The translations under genes were made by a program, and so were the position numbers. The notes under the pieces were generated by a model. The model made no database searches and was not told the origin of the DNA. It worked only from the letters and a program-made list of their open reading frames with translations. DNA of 32,000 bases from Promethearchaeia archaeon (GTDB taxonomy: Archaea > Asgardarchaeota > Lokiarchaeia > Sigyniarchaeales > SOKP01), in assembly GCA_046497275.1 (NCBI GenBank), contig JAWOFX010000002.1, positions 8,960 through 40,959 on the forward strand. The letters are read 5' to 3'. Of this stretch, positions 1-7,370 are shown in pieces. How positions within the stretch are numbered: the first letter of the stretch is position 1; each line of letters starts with the position of its first letter.

Positions 1-1560
1 TTTACTTAAATTTAAAAAACTTCTTTTCGAGCTACTCCAATTATAAATCCCGAAATCTGTTATAATAAATACCAAAACTTTTTTATCAGCCTTATCGCAT
101 TGTTTTATTATTTTCTTTGTGGGTAAAACTGTTCCTCCCCCTTGATAAGTGAGGAGTGTTTTTTCTGCCTTCCTAAAATCTGAAGTCCAATCGCTCACAT
201 CTGCTTTATTTGAAAAATTGATCACACTAAATTTTACCCCTCTCTTAGCAGCATAATGAAGAGATGCGAACGCTGCTATCAATGCAGTATGATAAGGGCC
301 TTTTCCTTGGTCTGTCTTAGCAGTATAACGCCATCCCATTGATCCAGAAGAATCTAAGACAATCAATAGATCTGGAATTTCTTGTTCCTCAAAATGACCA
401 GGTCCCAATTTATAGGCCCATTTGCGAGTCGTGATATTTGGAATAATAATCGGACTATTTAATAAAGATTGTATAATATCTAATTCTTCAATAGGATCTC
501 CAATTCTCCATACTTCTGGATAAACGGGAACTTGACCCCCGGGTTTTTCCTCATAAATCCGGATTTGTATCAAATTTTTAGCTTTTCCCCTATACCATGT
601 TGCTAATGGATCCCCCTCAATCATTATTCCCGCTTGAGTTGCTGGAGCTCCAAATTCCGAATAATTTACATCTTTTGCAAATTCTTCAGATTTTTGTTTT
701 AATTTATCCGTATTTTCTTTATCTAATTTATCTGAATTCTTACTTTCGAGAGGATTATCCATAATCTCTAAGATATCATCGGGAATTTCAATATAAGATT
801 GCCCTTTTCCCGGGGCTTCCCTTAAAGATTTACCTTTTTCTGATTTTAATCCTTTCCCAACAAGATTGAAAGTATCTTTTATCAAATCGTTCAGATAATA
901 GGCTATTTTTTCAACTTTTTTTTCCCATTTCGACTCATCATAGAATTCCTTTAGAATGGTTTTTGATATTTTCTCAACCAAATTTTTATAGTTATCTGAT
1001 AATTGCTCTTTTGAAATTTCAATATTTAATATCTTTTCATAAAGAGCAAGGAGAATTTTAGAAAAATCCGATAAATTATTTTCCTGTTTGATATGTTCAT
1101 ATATTGTTCTTAATTCCCACGATACTAATTGTGGATGTTTGGAATATGTGATTTTATCTATGACTAAATCAGCGAACAAATTTACGACTATAGGAGCAAA
1201 ATTTTGATTAACGTGTTTCAATGCTGCTTTTAAAAGCTTTGCGTCAATATAACCATCATATGGACAAATTTGATAATGAGAAATTTCATGAAGGCTGATG
1301 ATATAATAAAATTCAATATATTCTTGTTCATTTGAAAATAATGGAGTATTTGCGAGATTCATTGTAATTTGCCATCTTTCTTCAGGATCTATATAAAAAC
1401 CTTCGCGATGGGTATAATCAAATACAAAATGAGGTTCATTTAAGGGAGGATAATAATATTCTCTCAAAGATCTATTCCAACCTTTTTTAGCTAAATCTAT
1501 TAGCTTATTTTCATTTTCTTGTATAAAATCAATATTTTTTTCGTGTTTATATTGACTCAT
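1..1560 (-). CDS. VWA-domain protein with N-terminal HExxH metallopeptidase-like domain (MoxR partner); 3' end runs off the window
   Basis: Not in the ORF track. Manual translation from ATG at 1560 (MSQYKHEKNIDF...) stays in one frame at the points checked down to base 1. It contains HEISH (aa 91-95, nt 1276-1290), the MIDAS motif DSSGS (D403, nt 340-354), then YQGGGT and IITDFG. It lies 33 nt downstream of the MoxR gene on the same strand. Confidence 0.85.
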   Translation of the reverse strand, partial: MSQYKHEKNIDFIQENENKLIDLAKKGWNRSLREYYYPPLNEPHFVFDYTHREGFYIDPEERWQITMNLANTPLFSNEQEYIEFYYIISLHEISHYQICPYDGYIDAKLLKAALKHVNQNFAPIVVNLFADLVIDKITYSKHPQLVSWELRTIYEHIKQENNLSDFSKILLALYEKILNIEISKEQLSDNYKNLVEKISKTILKEFYDESKWEKKVEKIAYYLNDLIKDTFNLVGKGLKSEKGKSLREAPGKGQSYIEIPDDILEIMDNPLESKNSDKLDKENTDKLKQKSEEFAKDVNYSEFGAPATQAGIMIEGDPLATWYRGKAKNLIQIRIYEEKPGGQVPVYPEVWRIGDPIEELDIIQSLLNSPIIIPNITTRKWAYKLGPGHFEEQEIPDLLIVLDSSGSMGWRYTAKTDQGKGPYHTALIAAFASLHYAAKRGVKFSVINFSNKADVSDWTSDFRKAEKTLLTYQGGGTVLPTKKIIKQCDKADKKVLVFIITDFGIYNWSSSKRSFLNLSK

Positions 1561-1593
1561 ATGTTCTCATTAAATTCCATTTTATTCAGATAT

Positions 1594-3324
1594 TTAAAAA
1601 TCTTTTTGTAAATAATCTAATTTATCTAAAATCCCTTTTAATTTAAGTGCCTCACTTCCACCAGAAATTTGGATATTAACAAGAGAATCATCATCGGTTC
1701 CCGTAACATTTACTTCAATGAGAAGATCTTCAGAACGAACTTGTTTAGTTTGTCTTTTACCAAAAGCTTCCTTTAGTGAATTATCTAATTTAGGAAATTC
1801 AGAGGCGATATCTGCCCACACTTCCTTCCAATAATAGTATTTAAACACATAATCTGTTACGGTTTGCTTGTATAATTCACGATTACACCAATTAATAAGA
1901 TCAGCCCTGTTTGGAAAATCTAAATTTTCTAATAATTCATTTCTAATTTGTGCTAATTCTTCTATTTTTCCCTTATTGGATGCTTCATTAATTTGCTTAG
2001 CCAGGTCTTTATATTTTTTGTTTTTTATTTCTTGTACAAACGGATAAAGATCATATTTTACAATTAAATCATTTTTTTGAAAATTTTGGATTTCTTGTAG
2101 ATCTCCTTTTTCTTGGATGCCATTTCTGAATTTTTGCGTAATTTCATAGCAAATTTTTCTTTTTAAGAATCTATTTTGTATTTTTACTAAAAGGTCTCTG
2201 GAAAATTCATATTTATTACCCCAATATGGTGCTTTTTCTGATTCCCTCTTAGAATAATTTACTCTATGGGAAATGACATAAGGAGCTATAGTATTTACTA
2301 TATTGACATCTATCTCATTAATATCTAATAACCATGCTAAAGCCTTTGAATATCTTAATAAATCTTTTGCAACACGTACACTTAAAATAGAATCAATTTT
2401 ATTGCATACATTTTGAGCAGTGTCGAAATGACATCCCGAACATAATCCAGTACTTGGTTTTAGATCTTCAGTATTTCCTTTATCGATTCTATCACATAGT
2501 GTAAATTCTCTAATTATCGCATGAATATAATTATTCGTTTCTTGGTTAATTTGTACTCTATTCACATAATACCATATTTCCATTAAATCATCTATCGTTA
2601 AAATTTTCGGAACTTCAAGCAGTTCATCATATCCAGAATATTTTTCATCCTTTCCAGCCAAAATTAACTGTAGATCTTGGCTTGCGGGCATAGATATTGG
2701 GACAGAGATTCCAAATCGATCAAGAAATGGAGAACTTAACTCAAATGTTCCCACATCTTGGGGATTGATTGTCGCAAATAGACAGAATTTATTTACATTC
2801 ATAACTGAATCATAATATTTCACAGTACCCTCAGCGAGAAGGGAGAGTAATATATCTTGAGCATAAGGAGTAAGTCTATTTACTTCATCAATGATTTTCC
2901 AAAAATTAGTCACAAACTTTTTCCAGACGACCTCTTCAGCACCATCCTTCATTAATTTTCCTAATTTCAAAGTCCCAACTAATTTTTCCTCAGTTAATTG
3001 GGGATGACCACGAATGATAGATTCTTCGATTATTTCAAGTGTATTAGAGGTGAACATCCGTCCAAGAAGTTTTACCAGCGTAGTCTTACCACCGCCATGT
3101 CCCCCTATCAGGAGCATTGCAGAATTAGGAACTAATGCATTTAATATTGAGATGGTAAGAATTTCCGGTAATTTTATGGATTTAATCTTATTATTATTTT
3201 TAGGATCTGGATATTTAATTTCCAAATTTTTAGAATGAATAAATAATTGATTTGCTTGAATTAGATTAAGTATTCTCCAGACTTTTTTTCTTAATTGTTC
3301 ATGTTCTACTAATCTTGTTTCCAT
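1594..3324 (-). CDS. MoxR-family AAA+ ATPase
   Basis: Walker A GGHGGGKTT, Walker B/MoxR motif IIDEVNRLTP, FATINP..GTFELSSPFLDRF, and SVR sensor region. Adjacent to a VWA gene. Confidence 0.9.
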   Translation of the reverse strand: METRLVEHEQLRKKVWRILNLIQANQLFIHSKNLEIKYPDPKNNNKIKSIKLPEILTISILNALVPNSAMLLIGGHGGGKTTLVKLLGRMFTSNTLEIIEESIIRGHPQLTEEKLVGTLKLGKLMKDGAEEVVWKKFVTNFWKIIDEVNRLTPYAQDILLSLLAEGTVKYYDSVMNVNKFCLFATINPQDVGTFELSSPFLDRFGISVPISMPASQDLQLILAGKDEKYSGYDELLEVPKILTIDDLMEIWYYVNRVQINQETNNYIHAIIREFTLCDRIDKGNTEDLKPSTGLCSGCHFDTAQNVCNKIDSILSVRVAKDLLRYSKALAWLLDINEIDVNIVNTIAPYVISHRVNYSKRESEKAPYWGNKYEFSRDLLVKIQNRFLKRKICYEITQKFRNGIQEKGDLQEIQNFQKNDLIVKYDLYPFVQEIKNKKYKDLAKQINEASNKGKIEELAQIRNELLENLDFPNRADLINWCNRELYKQTVTDYVFKYYYWKEVWADIASEFPKLDNSLKEAFGKRQTKQVRSEDLLIEVNVTGTDDDSLVNIQISGGSEALKLKGILDKLDYLQKDF

Positions 3325-3478
3325 ATAAAATGCCTCTTGATCATATTCTCTTTCATTATAACTAAAATCGACTAATTATTTATTTTTGTTTATGAAGTCT
3401 AATAATATATTTCAATTTTCTTCTAGAAATGAGGACTTAATCTTTAAAAGATAAACCCCGATAAATTTTCATATAATC

Positions 3479-4180
3479 CTAGTTTGGTTTAAGACCTAAA
3501 AGTTGATTTAAATCTTCTATAACGAAGTCTGGTTGATATTCCCAATCCGAATATCCATCAGGATATTTTTCAAAGTTTCTAATAAGCAAACAAGCATGAA
3601 TATTTGCCCTTTTCGCTGCGGAGATGTCCGAAATGGAATCACCTATCATTAATGCATTAGACTCGTTTAGGTTAAAGTTTAATTTATTTAAAATCATGTT
3701 TATACCATCGGGTGATGGTTTCGCAATTTCTTGTTCATTTTCATCACCAAGCCCCAAGATTTCAAGAAAATAATGTTTTATATCGAATTTTTCTAATATA
3801 TACTCTACTATATATCGAGCTGTGTTGGAAATTATAGCCAATTTTTTATCTTCGTCTAATAATTTATCTAAAACGTATATTACATCAGAATATAACCTAA
3901 TTTTTCCCTTTTTTATGAAATTCTTTCTAATTTTAAAATCTATTGTATCAAAATGCTCCCAAAATTTATCATAGTCTTCTAAAAAAAGACCCCATTCTTT
4001 TAAAAGAGTTTGATACTGATCACCAGACATCCAAAATTTATTTCTTCTGATTTTCTTGGGAATTGTGGTAATAGAAAAAGATTTTAAAGTTTTCACTAAG
4101 ATTTTATCAAAATATTCTGGTGGATTTGGAATATTTAAAAGACTATTATCAAGATCGAATAAATAATAATTAAATTTCAT
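3479..4180 (-). CDS. HAD-superfamily hydrolase (phosphoglycolate phosphatase-like)
   Basis: Motif I FDLDNSL, motif II IISN, motif III KPSPDG, motif IV MIGDSISD. Confidence 0.88.
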   Translation of the reverse strand: MKFNYYLFDLDNSLLNIPNPPEYFDKILVKTLKSFSITTIPKKIRRNKFWMSGDQYQTLLKEWGLFLEDYDKFWEHFDTIDFKIRKNFIKKGKIRLYSDVIYVLDKLLDEDKKLAIISNTARYIVEYILEKFDIKHYFLEILGLGDENEQEIAKPSPDGINMILNKLNFNLNESNALMIGDSISDISAAKRANIHACLLIRNFEKYPDGYSDWEYQPDFVIEDLNQLLGLKPN

Positions 4181-4236
4181 ATCTTAATTGTATTATTATC
4201 CTAAATTCTAAAAAATTAATTCTCTAGATTATTAAA

Positions 4237-4623
4237 TTAAAAGTATCCAATGTGACCAAGATCTTTTCCATTTTCATCTAAGGCATAAACCAATCCCATA
4301 GAAAGTGCTCCTTCATCATCATCCTCTTCAGAGTTTCTCGCTTTATTTTTCTTTTTAGTAGGTTTTGCGACTTTTTTAATCGTTTCGAGTTTAAATTGAA
4401 ATTTTCCCCCACAAACTTCACATTTCATAAGTATAAGTTTTGTATTTTTATTTTCTTCATCAAACTCTTCAATTTCAAGAGGGATTATCTTATTTTTATC
4501 TTGATTATCACATCCAGGCAAAAAACATTGATCTAAAGAAATCTTTTCCATTCCTCTTCTCGCTAATGCTATCCATGCATAAGCAGGAATCTCATACCAT
4601 AAATCCTTATTTTCATCACTCAT
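4237..4623 (-). CDS. Hypothetical protein with probable Zn-binding site
   Basis: 128-aa ORF with CFLPGC and CEVC cysteine pairs. Transcribed divergently from gatC. Confidence 0.6.
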   Translation of the reverse strand: MSDENKDLWYEIPAYAWIALARRGMEKISLDQCFLPGCDNQDKNKIIPLEIEEFDEENKNTKLILMKCEVCGGKFQFKLETIKKVAKPTKKKNKARNSEEDDDEGALSMGLVYALDENGKDLGHIGYF

Positions 4624-4756
4624 ATTAATATAACCAAAATTGAACTTTCGTTTTTAAAATCTATTCTTCAATTAATAAATAATAAAATGGAAAAAAATAA
4701 TTAATAATTATTATTATAAAAAATAACGGGAATCGTAGAAACATATTAGAAAAAAA

Positions 4757-5068
4757 ATGAATAAAGAAGAGGAAATCGAATTCTCAAAGGAAAAAATAAG
4801 GTATGTTTCCAAATTAGCCTTATTAGATTTAACGGAAGAGGAAGAGGAAAAATTATCAGGGCAATTAAATAATATTATATCTTATTTTAAAAAATTAGAA
4901 AATTTAGATACAGAGGATATTGAGCCTACCCGACATCCTATTGAGGGTTTAAAAAATATTTTTAGAGAAGATGAGGTTTGGGAAGGTTTAGGTCAAAAAA
5001 AGGCATTAAAAAATACGGAAAATAAAAAAGATGGTTTTTTCAAGGCTCCACGAATATTAAAGGAGTAA
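4757..5068 (+). CDS. gatC: Asp-tRNA(Asn)/Glu-tRNA(Gln) amidotransferase subunit C
   Basis: IRYVSKLALLDLTEEE...QLNNIISYFKKL...DTEDIEPT.HP...FREDE...DGFFKAPRI is the GatC pattern at the expected length. Confidence 0.92.
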   Translation: MNKEEEIEFSKEKIRYVSKLALLDLTEEEEEKLSGQLNNIISYFKKLENLDTEDIEPTRHPIEGLKNIFREDEVWEGLGQKKALKNTENKKDGFFKAPRILKE

Positions 5069-5075
5069 GAAAGAT

Positions 5076-6089
5076 TCAATCTTTGTATTTTTCTGTAAGA
5101 AGTCGTATAGCATCAGCCATATCATGTAAAGCTTTTTTTTTCTGAGTAGGATTTAATTCCATAAATTCGTTTTCAAAACCAGATTTTATCTCATTTGGAG
5201 ATGCTAAGCTGAGATATTTATCTACTATAAGTTTAGTAATATAATCATCATAATCTTTCAAAACTTTCTGAAGCTTATTATTCTCCCTTATTTCATCCCA
5301 TAATTCCAATGTCTCTAAAGATCGAATGCCAATATCAAATCGAAACCAACTTATCGGAAACAATCTTTCTCGTTCGATACCTGATTCTATAATTGTGATA
5401 CAATCTTGATCAATGTAAAATTCGGGAATTTCATCTTCTTTAAAAACAATTCTATCATTCATCATAAATAGATTTGCTGATTTATTTGATGAGACTACCA
5501 GACCTGTGGCAAAACCTTTAGCAAATCGCAATTTATCTGCGATATCTTCTATTGTGGTTCCTGGTATTTTTAATTTATTTTTGTTACGCCCTTGAATTGT
5601 TATATTGATATAATCTCTTTTTTCTCCACTTTTAACTAATTTTGGAAATAAATTTTGATCTCTACTTTTTCTATGAGCATCCATTAAAGTATTTAATAAT
5701 TCTCTATCAAGTTCTAATCCAGGTATAACAGTATTCTGATTCATAAACGCATCCACTTCAAAATCCCCAATACCATAAAATAATTTTTTTTCAGCAATGA
5801 TCTGTCGAAGACTGTTAACTATTGAGGTTACGAGAGCATCAGGATCATCTTGTATTGATTGATATTCTTTTGTTGTAAAGGTATCGATTTGATCTTCTAA
5901 GCCCTCGATATTCTTATAGAATTCGGCCCAACTCATTTCAGTATAGATGGTTCCAATATTATAGAGATTGTGGTCTTTATCTAAACAAAATATATTTTTG
6001 GAACCTCCTAATTCAACTCCTGATTTTGAACCAGAAGCTAAAAAAGCAGATGGAGGATTGTAAAACTTTAGATAAAGACTGGAAATCAT
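5076..6089 (-). CDS. Hypothetical protein (paralogue of 6182..7183)
   Basis: 337-aa ORF sharing FYNPP, LASGSK..GGSK, GTIYTEMSWAEFYK, DFEVDAF, GFATG and PISWFR.D.GI with its neighbour. Confidence 0.8.
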   Translation of the reverse strand: MISSLYLKFYNPPSAFLASGSKSGVELGGSKNIFCLDKDHNLYNIGTIYTEMSWAEFYKNIEGLEDQIDTFTTKEYQSIQDDPDALVTSIVNSLRQIIAEKKLFYGIGDFEVDAFMNQNTVIPGLELDRELLNTLMDAHRKSRDQNLFPKLVKSGEKRDYINITIQGRNKNKLKIPGTTIEDIADKLRFAKGFATGLVVSSNKSANLFMMNDRIVFKEDEIPEFYIDQDCITIIESGIERERLFPISWFRFDIGIRSLETLELWDEIRENNKLQKVLKDYDDYITKLIVDKYLSLASPNEIKSGFENEFMELNPTQKKKALHDMADAIRLLTEKYKD

Positions 6090-6181
6090 ACTAATAAGTG
6101 AGTATAATTTAAATTTCTTTAATAAAAGTAGAATTGCTTAACTATTTAAAATTACTTATCAATATTACTTTAAGAGTAGAT

Positions 6182-7183
6182 TTATTTTTTCTTCACATCT
6201 TCATGCAAAATTTTTATTGCAATTTGCAAATCTTTCAGCACTTGTTTTCTCTCTTGAGGTGTCATCTGGAAAAAATCATCTTGGATATTGAATCCCAGTC
6301 CGCTGCTGGAAGCTAATTTTTCGTATTTTTTAAATATCATTTCTAAAAGATAATGATCATATTTAGCAATAGCTATTTGCAGTTTATCCATTTCCTTTAT
6401 TTTATCCCATAAATTGAGAGTTTCTAGCGCATCTATTCCTAAATCAATACGGAACCAGCTTATAGGCGTAAGAATTTCATTTTCAATTCCATCCTCAATT
6501 AAACGAATATTTTCTTTATCTAAATATAATTTCCGAACTTTCTCTTCTTTAAACTTGATATTATCATTCATTATATAGAAATTAGCTAATATTTGAGTTG
6601 TACAAACAATTCCAGTAGCAAAACCGCTCACAGCCCTCAACTGATTCGCTAATTCTTCCAAGTCAGATCCTTGAAATATTAATTTATCTCTTTTTTCTCC
6701 ATAGAATTTTATTTGTATTTTTGGTTTATTCCCAGAATCTCTTAAGATTTTAGGAAATAATATCTTATCTCTTGTCGTTCTGTGTGCTTTCATTAATTTA
6801 TTTATTACACTTGGAGGAATTTTAAGACCAGGAATAATGGTATTTTCATTTAAAAATGCATCTACTTCAAAATCTAATATACCGTAAAACAATCTATCAT
6901 TTTTAATAATCTTATTAATGCAATGAGAAATTGAATTTACAAGAGCTTCAGGATCATCACTGATAGATTCATATTCCTTTTGAGTAAAGCTATCGATTAT
7001 ATCCTCCAAACCTTCATCTTTATAAAATTCAGCCCAAGACATTTCTGTATATATAGTTCCTTCAGAATAGAGATTTCGATCTTCATCTATACTTACAATT
7101 AGTTTAGAACCACCTATTTCTAAGCCTTCCTTTGACCCAGATGCTAAAAGTGCTCGTGGGGGATTATAAAAATCTAACAGCAA
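6182..7183 (-). CDS. Hypothetical protein (paralogue of 5076..6089)
   Basis: 333-aa ORF with TTG start, colinear with the downstream paralogue along its whole length. Confidence 0.8.
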   Translation of the reverse strand: MLLDFYNPPRALLASGSKEGLEIGGSKLIVSIDEDRNLYSEGTIYTEMSWAEFYKDEGLEDIIDSFTQKEYESISDDPEALVNSISHCINKIIKNDRLFYGILDFEVDAFLNENTIIPGLKIPPSVINKLMKAHRTTRDKILFPKILRDSGNKPKIQIKFYGEKRDKLIFQGSDLEELANQLRAVSGFATGIVCTTQILANFYIMNDNIKFKEEKVRKLYLDKENIRLIEDGIENEILTPISWFRIDLGIDALETLNLWDKIKEMDKLQIAIAKYDHYLLEMIFKKYEKLASSSGLGFNIQDDFFQMTPQERKQVLKDLQIAIKILHEDVKKK

Positions 7184-7279
7184 TGAATTAACCTTAAATT
7201 CATAATTGAAATTAAATATTTAGAATATTGAATATCCTTTAAGATCATTTTAGAAAACAAATTTATATAATTAATTAAA

Positions 7280-7370
7280 CGATGCATTTTTAAGAGTGCA
7301 CATCTCTGCAACCAGCAACACGTTCGTGAATGCGGTATTAGGTAGTACTACTACACATAGGCAACACGAG
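7280..7370 (-). ncRNA. Candidate omegaRNA scaffold (visible structured part) / transposon right-end region of the TnpB locus
   Basis: GC-richer island inside an AT-rich intergenic region. There is a long imperfect hairpin at 7324-7369 (UCGUG/CACGA, UGC/GCA, UAU/AUA, GUAG/CUAC) across the tnpB stop codon and a second bulged hairpin at 7281-7304. TnpB omegaRNAs are known to overlap the 3' end of the gene. Confidence 0.4.
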
